DNA from: Diadema antillarum
Lineage: Eukaryota
Length of the DNA stretch: 64,000 nucleotides
Direction: 5' to 3'
Assembly: GCF_040938485.1 (NCBI RefSeq)
Contig: NW_027272059.1
Location: forward strand, 806,001-870,000
A model generated the notes under the pieces. It ran no database searches, was not told where the DNA came from, and was given only the letters and a program-made list of their open reading frames with translations. Positions 52,649-64,000 of the stretch are shown piece by piece; the stretch's first letter is position 1, and every line of letters starts with the position of its first letter. The position numbers were made by a program, and so were the translations under genes.

Positions 52649-55600
52649 TTAATTCCTGGTAGAATTGAGGAAGTGGAGAAGCTGCTCTCGATTTTTGTCC
52701 CGCTGTAGAGGGAGACAAAGACAACAGAGGGACTGCTGAGATGAAAGTTACTGGAAACTGGTGAGGAAGCATGGAATACATAGCTAATTGTATTGGGTCA
52801 CACCATAATCCATTGCGACACCTTGGCAGTGGTTTCAAACCATACTGCAATGCTGCACACTGGCACTGGTCTAACGGTCCCTGACCACTAAAATTAATCA
52901 ATGTCAGACCAGTAGCTTTTCAGAACGGACCGCTAAAATATGGAAAAACTTACAGATTGTGTGGACAATGATATAAAATATAAAGGGAATTCCACAAAAA
53001 TTCATTTTTTATGAAAATTGCACATTCCATCAACTTGATACTGACATATGTTAAGGGTAGAAATTATTACCCCTGCTTTCTGAAAACGGTTAGTCAAGTG
53101 CTCTTTCATTATGCTAGAAAAGTGAATTTTTGTGGAATTTTCTATATATTTTCTTTATATGGTTGTCCACACATACGTCATAACCTCTACAGTAGTAGTC
53201 TCCTCATCCAGCAGTTCCAACACCAAAACTTTGAAAATTCATAACTTTTGCATCGTTTATCCGATTTTCCTCAAACTTTCACTAATGTGTTCTACTAATG
53301 TTGCTGCTTTCACTCAATCCACATTGCTCTTTGGGTTTGGGTTCCCTTTAATGATCATACAATTCTATAAGGAATTCAATGTTTATTTGATGAAAATTGA
53401 TTTTTAAATGGCTGAGATATCCATAACCAAAGTAAAACAAAGCGATCCTAACAAAAAGTGGGTCCCACCTTTTATTAGGATCACTTAGTTTGGGATATCT
53501 CAGCCATTTCAAAACCAATTTTCATCAAATAAACTTTGAATTTCCCTAGAATTATATGCTCTTTCATATTTCACAAGAGGTTTCTCATTATCTCCGAAAA
53601 ATCATCATCAAAAAATGTTGGAAACCTGAAGCCCCACCTTGACTGAAACTGCACCTCCCCTTTAAAGTGAAAACTTACTGCTTTGTCTGAACTGCTCTTC
53701 TTCACCTTCATCTTGATCTTCTGGCCGGAGACTATACTTCTGCCTGTTTCTGGCTTCATGTACTATTGGTAAAAAAGGAAGGTTTTTTAGTGTGTAAAAC
53801 ACTGTAAATTCATTAAAATCAGACAGACACATGATATTCACCTTGATACCATATACCATAAAATGCAAGTGGAAACTTAGTGACATCATAACAAGAGTTT
53901 GGCATCTACCCTGTTAATGTGATTGTATATTTTGTCAATGCAAGTTGCATTAATTCTGGTTGGTGTTTAAAAATATGACAAAATGATGATTTACTTCTCT
54001 TTTATCATAAGAGATGATAACATACACTAATGAAGAAATGCTACTTGTTGGTAGCAAGTGATATTTTCATTCATAGTGACTAGGACCGCAAAAAATAAGT
54101 CTTGCCACTTGTCATTAACTTGTCTAAAGTAATTCAGCATGGTACACAGTACATGTAGAACTTTTGTTATCTGTAGAGTACCAGGTGTATGACAAAAAGT
54201 TTGGAACAGCGAAGGTGACGTAATGACTGCTCTCATTGATAGTTTGTCATGCCGCAGATTTAAATTCATATAGGTAACTTTTGTAACACAGAATCTGCAT
54301 TCTCGCCAAATGACTAAATACAAGGTAAAATGAGGTTTGCATTTTCATTCACAATGCCATTACTGCAGTGCAATAGACATCAAGTCCTGCATGTGTATTA
54401 TTAGCAGGTTTTTGTTGAGATCCTTCATTATCAGGAAAATCTCAGTCCAAATGATCTAGTTGCAACGTGACATAAACCTACACATACGCACCTGTGATAA
54501 GCGAACAGGTCCACTGTCATTTTTGCTATCTTTCTTCTTCTTTGTCTTCTTATGTTTCTGGTAAAGAGAGAAACACAATACCTTCATCATTCATATCTTT
54601 TGATTCAATATCTGTGCTCTACCAAAAGCACTTGATAACAAACTCACTGATACAGTTTGAAGTAGGTGTACACCTCTAGTTCTTACTGGAAAGGATATGA
54701 AGGCTGATAAAATATTACCGGTAAATGTTCACGAAGACCCATGTGGAAGATGCTTACTACGAGGATTTTTCACATTTTTGCCCCCGAACTGCCAAAAGCC
54801 GTATAAAAAAATCAGTTAACTGCATATGGCTGTCTCATGTGTGTGTGTGTGTGTGTGTGTGTGTGATATTTCTGCCGTGTGAATTGTGGAGGGAAGGGAA
54901 GGATAAGTGGTTATGCAAGTGATAAGGGCATGGGGTGGGGATATTTGGACTTGGGAAATAAAGGGGATGGGAGGAATGAAGGATGTCTGTTTGGTATTGG
55001 ACTGGATTTAAAGGGGGAGTGGAGATGTGAATATTGAGGGTGTTTGATGTTTTGGATAGTTGTAAAGGTATAGTATTAGGAACGGTAGTTAGGAAAAATT
55101 GGTCTGGAGATGGGTTTTATTTCAGATACGATATACATGTACAGTCAACCTCGCATAAGTCAAATAATCACCTTAATGCTTTCCAAGTCCTCTTCTCTTT
55201 ATATTCTATCGATTTTAATCCCTCATGAATTAAATCTTCTCTAAATCAACGCTATTTCTTCAGTCCAAATCGATTTGACTAAGGCAAGGTTGACTGTATT
55301 TCCACTTTTTTTTTTTTTTTTTTGGGGGGGGGGGCGGTAATTTGCTGTACTATTTTCATTTCATCTGTTACAACAAAAATGGAATGTGAGTCTCAATTGA
55401 TACCTTTGTTCATTTCCATTCCCAAGTGCAGAAATGTTACTAAAGGAATTATTTTAGATACATTGCCTGGGAATACCAAATTGAATCGCTGTTAGAGTAT
55501 AATTTGGATGGAAGTGAATAAATATTATTGGGGAAAAAAGTGATAGGCAAAAGTGTGTGTTTCTTTGTCTGGTTCATATCATCCCTGTATCAGCCAACTC

Positions 55601-58600
55601 TGCAATATAATGTCCATAAATACAGAACGATTTGCTTTACCCATGTAAAATCAAGTAAAATTTACTGCTTCTCTCAGTGAGTAAGGGTTGTTTCAAAACC
55701 CTAGATGAACTAAAGGGATAATTACATGGTCTACGTAAATACTGGTCGGTGACTGGCCATGATGCAATCGCATGACTAATGCAGCGAGGATAGAAATTGT
55801 TACACATATGGTATTGCCAACAGTGATGTCACTTCAAGTAACATAATTCCAGAATTCAACTGGCTGAAGACAGAATGAGTAATACACAACTTTGTAATCA
55901 TCCACACTGGTGTGATTCTATGCTACAATGAAATTATGTGTTTTTAAATAGATCATGCAGAATAACAAATATTGCCTCAAATATTGTTGCAATATAACTC
56001 TTGTCATCAGTTTGTTCCTCGGGATTTTATATTTTTTTCCTTGAGAAAATATTTTCCTGAAGCCTGCAGCACTTCAGGAAAATATAATCTATTAAAAAAA
56101 TATATAACTTCTGCAATGATGATAAGTGTAAATATATTACTGTGGGAATATGGACATTTCTGTATAAGGTTGTCAAAAGAAGAATGCAATAATGGTATGT
56201 TAAAAGACACCATAGTAGGGGAACACCTCAAGCTGCCAAACATAAATCAAAGTACAGCAAGACTAAGGACCTACTGTTCACTGGTCCATGATGAGACCAA
56301 ATCACTAAGTTTAGCTGTGGGGCTTTAGTAATCCCACACTGAAATAAAGCAGTCCCGAGATAATGATAATCCCTTTTGTTCATCAGGTTAAGAGATTTGC
56401 ACTCAGTAAATTTTGTATTTATATCAAACATTGAGTATCATAAATATATCTTTATAATTAATGTGCATGTTCTGAAAATGATACACGCATATGAAGGGAT
56501 ATGTGATAGTTTGGTCAGTGGTTAGTCTCTAGCTTGGAAAATGCTTACTTTGAGAAAAGACATATGGCCATGCTGGAGAACGACAACACAGGATGAGCCA
56601 TGCAGGCTGCTGATTGGAGAGCAGAATTTCATGTATTGGCTACATTGAGGTATGTACGATAAGTATTGCAGTTTGTTATTATTTGCTAATTTATCATTTG
56701 GAAAGTTAATGCTTTGTTGTTTGATTCATTTGATTCATGGACAATGATCAAATTGTTTCATAGCACACATTTAATGCTGGACAATGGCAAATGATGAAGT
56801 CATGACATTATGCATCAATGGTACGGGCAAATAGAAACAGTGCTCAGTGTTTAAGACTGTTCTTTTTTGTTCTTTGCAGAGGTTTTCTTCTCTCCCATTT
56901 TCTTCTCTACACCCGTTTCCTTCTTTCTGGATGTTGAGACGGTATTCAGTTATTACAGCCATGATAAATCCTGTTCAACCATACAATCATAAGTCTTGGT
57001 GTTTTCTTTGGTAGTGCTTATCTTGACATACAACCCCTTTCCAAGCTACATTATGCCTCTAAAAAGGCAATATCTGTATTATGTCAAGCTTTAAAAGACA
57101 AGTTCACCTTCATAAACATAAGGATTGAGAGAATGCAACAATATTAGTAGAACACATCAGTGAAAGTTTGAGGAAAATTGGACAATCGATGCAAAAGTTA
57201 TGAATTTTTAAAATTTTTGTGTTGGAACCGCTGGATGAGGAGACTACTACAGCTTGTGAGTCATATGCGTTCAACAGTATAAAGAAAATGTAAAAGAAAA
57301 TTCAACATATTTTCACTTTTTTCGCATAATAAAAGAGCTCTTGACTTGCCTCTTTCTAAAGGCAGGGGGAATAATATTGCCCATAACATTTGTCGGTAAC
57401 GAGTCAGGGGAATGTGTACTTTTTTCAAAAGATGGAATTTTGTGAAATTCTCTTTACATTTTCCTTATATTGTTGTACGCAAGTTATTCATACACTGCAG
57501 TAGTCTTCTCATCCAGCAGTTGCTGCACAAAAATTTTAAAAATTCATAACTTTTGAACGGATTGTCTGATTTTCCTCAAACTTTCAATGATGTGTTCTAC
57601 TAATATTGCTACATTCTCTCAATCCTTATGTTTATAAAGGTGAACTTGTCCTTTAACCAGTGTACTTATCACACACATATGTCTTCACAGTTCCTGTAAT
57701 CCAAAACAAAGTGTACACACAAAACATGTTGTAAATAACAATGGAAAGCAACACAAGCATTCCAAAATGAAAATTTTGCAATAGGGAGTAATTCAAAAAA
57801 TGAAAAGAGGTTTCAGATTATTTTGACACATACCTTCTCTTTTTTCTTTTCTCGCTTTCGTTTCTTCTTTTTCCTCTGCTTCTCTGTAAATGTTAAGGAT
57901 TAAAGGCAATAATAAAAAATTCCTGTAAACATGAAGAGTAATGCTTATACAGAATTTTCAGAGTGCAAGTCAATATCTATTTTAATCTAAGCTTTTCAAC
58001 GTTAAGTGACTAGATGGCCAAAAGCAATGACTACACTTGCAATTAGATCTTACCAGTGCCCTTGCCACCCCCAAACACAGCGTATGTGCAAGCTGTTGTT
58101 GGACAGTGGATTACCCAAATACATCTTCTGCATATGTTTCTTCAGTACAGAAGACCTGCAACGTGTTTGCTGATTTACTTCGTTCACTTGGCTCACCCTC
58201 AATTACGTCATTACTGTATCATGAGAGTATAGTTACCTTGCACACACTGTTACATTCCTCAAAGGCTGATCACAAAAAAAGAAAAGAAAAAAGAAAAGGA
58301 GACAAGTGAAAGTAACAGGTTGGAATATTAATAACAGTCAATGAAAATCTACCACATATGTAGGTGCATATTATACCTATACTAGAGTCACTTGTAGAAC
58401 TGTCCGAATCACTTGTTCCCGAGGTTGAATCACTACTGCTGCTCTCTGATGAATATTTTGTCTTTTTCTTCTTTTTATGTCTCCTCTTGGCTACATCCTC
58501 CCTTTCACGAGAAGCGGAAGAAGGCGACGAACTGGAGCTTCTGGATCTATGCCTCTTACGATTCTTTGACCTATGCCTACTTGAGTCTCGTGAGTGACTG

Positions 58601-58713
58601 GATTTCCTTTTCTCTATGTGTCTGTCTCTGCGGTCATGATCATCATCACTGCTGCTATCAGTTGAATAGTCAGATGAAGAAGACCTGTGATGCTTCTTTT
58701 TCTTGCTGCTCAT
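52649..58713 (-). CDS. Uncharacterised Ser/Arg/Lys-rich protein (~196 aa) with conserved C-terminal motif
   Basis: Phase-consistent exons 58713-58377, 57883-57834, 54557-54492, 53762-53679, 52702-52649. N-terminal RS/SD/K low complexity; C-terminus GPVRLSQYMKPETGRSIVSGQKIKMKVKKSSSDKARDKNREQLLHFLNSTRN*. A possible extra in-frame exon lies at 56926-56825. Confidence 0.85.
53045..53665. mobile_element. Kolobok-like non-autonomous fragments, including a ~170-bp internal palindrome
   Basis: Ends ..GTTCCCT|TTAA (~53350) and ..CTCCCCT|TTAA (~53665). It shares internal sequence with 57094-57652. Imperfect palindrome at 53372-53542. Confidence 0.5.
55142..55296. mobile_element. pogo/Tigger-like MITE
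   Basis: TA|CAGTCAACCTCGCATAAGTCAA..GACTAAGGCAAGGTTGACTG|TA; related fragments at ~13600-13750 and ~51555-51640. Confidence 0.65.
57094..57652. mobile_element. Kolobok-like non-autonomous DNA transposon
   Basis: TTAA|AAGACAAGTTCACCTT..AAGGTGAACTTGTCCT|TTAA: TTAA TSD with purine-purine ends and an extended imperfect TIR. Confidence 0.72.
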
Positions 58714-61700
58714 GATAATTTCATGTCCTCAAGAGGTTCTCTGAAACTAAGGAAAAATAAATCATAAAATTATGGAAAGGAAGTTGAATTAGTCCATGTC
58801 GCACGTAAGCCATTATCGCGAGAAAGAATCTTAGTCATGCTTTCCCATTTTGCTTCCTGTGAGAAAGTAAATAGGGTCCCAAATCATTTCAGTCTATGAA
58901 AAAATACTCACAATGAACACAGCTGTTGCAAAATTCTTGTTGTATGGAAGCAATTTTGGAGTGCAATGGATGAGAAATAAAAAACAACATCACAAATGCA
59001 TTCAGTTAGACTGCTAAATAAATACAGAACCAATAATTTGCAAGCTTAAATGTATTGGTTCGGAATCAAATGTTTGACAGTTTCATAGTGTTAGCCATGC
59101 CTCCTGCAAATGAACCTCCACAGCATACTCACTACAAAGCTATTCAGACTTGAAATCCACCTGCAATGGCATAAAGTGTGACTTCACACTCTCATCGTGA
59201 AAGTTATGAAATGTGTTTCAACCTCCTTCCTTCACATCAGCACATCAGCACTAAGCATCCCTTCCAATAAACACTCAGATGATTTTTTTTTTCTTGTACT
59301 GCTATCTATATGATCATGAAACATTTTCTGATACATTGTAAAACATGCTTAATTTCATGTATACAATGTACTTATATGTTTCATTATTGTGCTTTCTACA
59401 ATGTTGATGTGAATACAACTTTTGAACTCTCAATGTTTGTAGAATTGAACCAAGTCTTAGGCTTTAACAGGGTGTCTAACATTGCATTTCGCACTCTCCT
59501 TGAAGGCAAAATAAATCAGACACAATACTGCATGCACAAAGTTTACTGTTTTCATTATTTGCATATTTTTTTGTTTGCTGACTTATAATAAAATTTTGAG
59601 ACATCGAGTTAAAAAGTGCCAGTCCAAAGGACTCTGTTACAAGAGGGAGCACCTTATTTGGTATTCTGTCTGAATATTAGTAGGGGCCTACCGGGTGCTC
59701 CTATTAATGGGTGAAGAAAGCTTACTAAGTTAAAGACTGCTCAGCACTAGTGACGTAGTGTATGTACACTAGTGCCGACTGCTATCTTGTGAGGAATTTG
59801 TGGGTATAGTACTTTGGGGAGGGTTGGGGCATTTTGTGCAAATAAGGAATACATACAATGACAATGTATACACTGTACATTGCACATACTTGCCACATAA
59901 TAAACATGGAACTTGAATGAACTGATCCTTTAGATTGTCTGTTTTAAATAAATAGTGGCATTTACTCCTACAAGATTAGTCATCAACTAAGATTTTGTTT
60001 TTCATGGGGAAGAGGGTGAAACGGGAACAGTTGAGTTCTTGCCGTGGACTAAGTTCTGGACAATTCTTGACATAAATTGGACTGACAAGCCAAACCATTG
60101 AATAAGCAAACAAGAAACGGTCTGTTAATCATCCCAGGAAATTAAAACTTAGCTATCTTTTTTTTTCTTAAAACTTCAGAAGGAAAGCAAATTGAAGGAA
60201 AGGAACATTTTTTTTTTGGTGGTGCATAAAGTCCAGAGTGGGATGGCCATGCCATGTGAGGCCAGATAAAATAAAAATACTTACAGTTGCTGCCATGATC
60301 GGATGACATCTTTTCGACTTACACATGTATTTTCCTAAATGTGTTCACCTAGATAGTGCCAAAATTCACTGATGAACTGGTGTTAATCAAAGAAGACTGA
60401 ACAGTGCACACACTGAAACAAGCAGATATTACCACAAACACAATACCAGCGCTATAGCTAGGCCTATGGCTATGGTAACCCCGTCGCGGGGCGCTGTAAC
60501 ACAGTACGGTACGTATTTGTCCGTATGGGGTCGCTGCTATGGTAAGGCCTATGGATCACTGTCTACAGAATTCGGAAGACAAGCTAGCAAGCAGGCTCAC
60601 AGCAACATGAGTAAGATCAGATGGGACTACAGAAAGCAAAATTCGCTAGCGACGCACTGACATAGTCGCAACTCGCCCTTACCCTGACCACAATTTTTAG
60701 AGTTGTTGGGTCATGGAACTGTAGTGGACATGTAATGTCGGCACAGCACAAGTAGAATCGATACCTAAAACAAAAACAACATCGCAGGAAGCAGTACATA
60801 CCTCTACCTTTTGCCTTCGTGTGGTCCCTTTTCGTAGCTTTTATTTCAGCTTGATGCGGATTTTAATATGTGCGTTGAGCAACGTCAATGATCTTTATAT
60901 GTATATGTACGTACATGTATGTGTACTAATATGTGTATGGGATATTTGGTATCACACCCACAGTATAATCAAATGGTTGTTGCAGCATGCACTCACGCGC
61001 GGTATCGGTACACTACTGTATGCGATGCGATATGATGATGAGTGATGTAGACAGAAATAAATGATCCGTCTGTCGGGTGTTGTATCGTGGGTTACAAGTA
61101 ACAAAACTTAGGACTGCAAATAAGGAAGGAACAAAAAAGGAGTCTTTTATTTTTTGTTTGACGTTATCGCTGTGGGGATCCGTGAGGCCAGACGCAGTCT
61201 CCGCGGAACATATCCCCGACGACCAGATACAGACCGATCTTTCGGTCAAATGATGATGATGATGATGATGATGAGTGAGTCGAACCACCAGTCATATGTG
61301 TTTATATCATTCTCTCTCTTCCTTCTGTAAAGGCATCTATTAATGTATATATATACACACACACATAGATACATGTATGTAGGCCTATGTATAAATGAAA
61401 AGATGCAGATTCCATGTATAATCACACGAAAATTATTGATGTTTTTCTTTCTTCCTTCCTTCCTTCCTTTCTTTCTTTCTTTCTTTAATTCTTTTTTTTT
61501 CTTCTTCTTCTCCTCCTCCTTCTTCTGGTTAAGTCTGCCTCCTTTAACAAGCTGAAGAGTCATGATCGTATTCATAATCATGAGCACCAGTTAATCACTA
61601 TTTGCTTTGATGTTTTGTTTACAGAAAAAAAAGACAACGATATAGGCCTGCATACTGTACGCTATAGGGCCTATATTACAGGATTATTCTCGATTGTAAC

Positions 61701-61908
61701 TCTCTTTGGTCTATACGGTAGGCAATTTGTATTTCATTTTCTTTTCCTCCTTTCTGATCCTCCCCAATTCATGAGTCTCTCTTGTTTGTAAGTAATGAAC
61801 GAGATGAATGGAGAAATGTATACCAAAATACATGTTTCATCCAAGCAAAGGTAGAGAAATATGAAAAAATAATGAGACATTATGCAATTGCCAAGAAGGA
61901 AAGGGCTA

Positions 61909-61912
<4 letters not shown>

Positions 61913-61950
<38 letters not shown>
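61913..61950. repeat. (TA)n microsatellite abutting the LTR end
   Basis: A run of TA dinucleotides directly joined to TGTCA at 61950. Confidence 0.95.
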
Positions 61951-61953
<3 letters not shown>

Positions 61954-62582
61954 ACCGACGGGACAAATAGGCGTCCACTCGGTATTTAAGTAAATACAAA
62001 AGAAATATAAATATCAAAGTGGGAGAGCAATTCTAAATCTGTTGTTCAAATAAGAAGACTGGGGGAGAAAGAACGACGCATTATTAGCAGTTCTTTTAAA
62101 TTGAATAGTAAATTTGTTTATTCATTCATTTTTTAGATCTGAATAACAATTACAAAACAATACATTTTTTTGGAATACAAGAATACAAAGAATGAAATTA
62201 AAATTTAAACCTAAAACAACGCAACACTGTGTTCAAGGTGAAGAGCTAAACCATAAGAGCTACACCATCTTCATCGTGATCCACTCAGGCGTTAAAACAG
62301 GAGACAGACAACAAAGTCCTGACAAACTCCGTGATGGAGAGAGTATGCCTCAGCCACCGATATTAACTGGTGTTAAATGTGGATAAATTATCCACAAAAC
62401 AAGCGAGAGTGCGGGGTGTCCGGTAACGTTGGACTCGGATCAGCTCAGTGGATGAAAGCGTTCTTTTGTTATGATTTCTTCTATGGCAACAACAAACAAT
62501 TGCGCATGCGCATTAACAAAAATACACAGAAATAAGCATTAGTAAAGGGGGCACACGTGTTGAAATATTTTGTATCATAACA
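61950..62582 (-). mobile_element. 3' LTR of a Ty3/Gypsy retrotransposon (~633 bp)
   Basis: On the minus strand it begins TGTTA right after the PPT-like GAGGAC..TTAAAGCGCGGGTGAG, ends TGACA, and lies ~100 bp after the integrase stop. The matching 5' LTR is outside the window. Confidence 0.7.
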
Positions 62583-62685
62583 CTCACCCGCGCTTTAAAA
62601 TTATTGTTGTCCTCAACAATAAGTGAAATTAGACCAATATGAATTAGATGAACAACGTTATTACGGGATTAATGTGACAAACATA

Positions 62686-64000
62686 CTAGCCTGCATTAGA
62701 CACTGAGGTGGAGTGCTCGCTTCCATAGCGTTGTGGTTTCCTCCTCGTTCTTGTTGAGCCTCGACATTTTTCTAGAGTCTGCGCCGCTTCCTCGACCACA
62801 AGTTCCTCTTCCTCGTCATCACTTGAGAACGTGCAGGCAGTAAGTAGATTTCGATGGACCGTTTTGCAATTGCCTTCGTCGTTACGTATGACATAAACGT
62901 CCTGTTGTGGCATTCTACTTTCTACAGTCCATGGAGTTGCCAGCCACCTGTCTGCGAGTTTCTGCCTACCAATAATGGCTTTATTGGCTAATAAAACTCT
63001 GTCACCTTTGCAAAATGGTGCTTCTCTCGCTGCAGTGTCGTAGATCCCTTTCATTTTCTTGCGGGCAGTGTCCGCTTGTTTCTCGGCAGTGCGATAAGCT
63101 TCCCGTAGCGTGTTGTGTAGATCGCCAACATAGGCTGATACTTCCTGGGGCTCGTCTTCATCAACATCGTCGTTTCCAGCCATGAGATCGAGAGGAATGC
63201 GAGGCTCACGCCCAAACATCAGGAAGAATGGCGAGTAACCGGTACATGAATGCCTTGTGGAATTGTAGGCATGTGTCATTGACTCCACATATTCTTTCCA
63301 GTTAGGCTTCTGTGAAGGTTCTAGTGTTCCAAGCATGTTTAGGAGAGTTCCGTTGAACCTCTCAGTCATTCCATTCCCCTGGGGATGATATGGAGTGGTT
63401 CTCCTCTTCTCCATGCCAAGGACTTCGCAAAGTTCCTTTATTACAGCTGCCTCGAAACACCTGCCCTGGTCGCTGTGAATGCGTTCTGGTATGCCATAAT
63501 GTACAATGTATCTACTCCAAAGTGTCTTTGCAACAGTTGATGCCGTCTGATCCCTGGTGGGGAAGGCTTGTGCGTGTCGGGTGAAGTGATCAGTTATCAC
63601 CAAGATGTTTTCTAGTCCACCTCTTGACGACTCCACGCTTAGGAAATCAAGGCAAACCAGTTCAAGTGGTCTCGTACTCTTGATCGGCATCAGTGGGGCT
63701 CTCGATTTGCATTCCTTAGTCTTCCTGACAGTGCATCTTCGACATCGTGAGATATATTGTTGGACAACAGATTTCATACCTGGATAGAAGAATCTGTCTT
63801 GCATGAGAGCCAGTGTCCGCTCAACACCAAGGTGGCCCATATCTCGATGTGCTCTATGCAGTGTCTTCTTCCTCATGCCCTTCGGCAGAACCAACAGCTT
63901 GTGGTCATCCGGCCTGACATACCATAGTACTCCCTCTTCACAAATCTCTAGACGATTCCAATGACGAACCAGCATCCTCACAGGGACCTTTTCCTCCTTC
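62686..64000 (-). CDS. Ty3/Gypsy pol polyprotein, integrase region (open to the window end)
   Basis: Uninterrupted ORF with HHCC zinc finger (HRDMGH..CRRC), DDE core (CLDF, HSDQG, GMTERFN), GPY/F motif (GYSPFFLMFGR) and SH3-like C-terminus (GDRVL..HRNLL). The frame stays open to base 63999. Confidence 0.95.
   Translation of the reverse strand, partial: KEEKVPVRMLVRHWNRLEICEEGVLWYVRPDDHKLLVLPKGMRKKTLHRAHRDMGHLGVERTLALMQDRFFYPGMKSVVQQYISRCRRCTVRKTKECKSRAPLMPIKSTRPLELVCLDFLSVESSRGGLENILVITDHFTRHAQAFPTRDQTASTVAKTLWSRYIVHYGIPERIHSDQGRCFEAAVIKELCEVLGMEKRRTTPYHPQGNGMTERFNGTLLNMLGTLEPSQKPNWKEYVESMTHAYNSTRHSCTGYSPFFLMFGREPRIPLDLMAGNDDVDEDEPQEVSAYVGDLHNTLREAYRTAEKQADTARKKMKGIYDTAAREAPFCKGDRVLLANKAIIGRQKLADRWLATPWTVESRMPQQDVYVIRNDEGNCKTVHRNLLTACTFSSDDEEEELVVEEAAQTLEKCRGSTRTRRKPQRYGSEHSTSVSNAG

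Noticed and set aside
4339-55335. Frequent poly-G/poly-C runs as a G-quadruplex system
   Set aside because: They are scattered homopolymers, several inside a MITE family, with no pattern relative to genes; run lengths may also be sequencing-dependent.
58364-58715. Plus-strand ORFs over the RS-rich exon (also 2973-3238, 12705-13015, 63390-63787)
   Set aside because: These are antisense shadows of real coding exons or CpG-rich promoter DNA.
58729-58731. In-frame TGA upstream of the RS-protein ATG as selenocysteine or readthrough
   Set aside because: No SECIS was recognised and there is no redox motif; a uORF stop is the simpler reading.
60950-61275. Hairpin plus (TGA)n tail as a structured ncRNA gene
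   Set aside because: More likely the 3' end of a retroelement; there is too little evidence to call either.

Overview
AT-rich, intron-rich animal genomic DNA. The gene set, intron structure and repeat types suggest an invertebrate deuterostome such as a sea urchin (inference). I built six spliced genes by hand from splice signals and reading phase: the 5' part of CEBPZ (-, runs off the window start), vasohibin VASH (+, 9 exons, two U12-type introns), SPATA45 (+), TATDN3 (-), NSL1 (+, head-to-head with TATDN3) and an unnamed RS/K-rich protein with a conserved C-terminal motif (-). The window ends inside the integrase of a Ty3/Gypsy LTR retrotransposon whose 3' LTR abuts a (TA)n tract. Two large Academ-type elements (TAG...CTA ends, long TIRs, 3-bp TSDs) both sit in promoter regions. 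There are also Helentron-associated elements, Kolobok-like elements, Tc1/pogo-like and hAT-like MITEs, and LINE fragments. The most unusual structure is a perfect 349-bp palindrome 126 bp upstream of the NSL1 start codon, inside a cluster of hairpins that all have 3-nt loops. The NSL1-TATDN3-SPATA45-(VASH) block matches my recollection of human 1q32.3. All homology calls are from recognition of motifs; no database searches were run.
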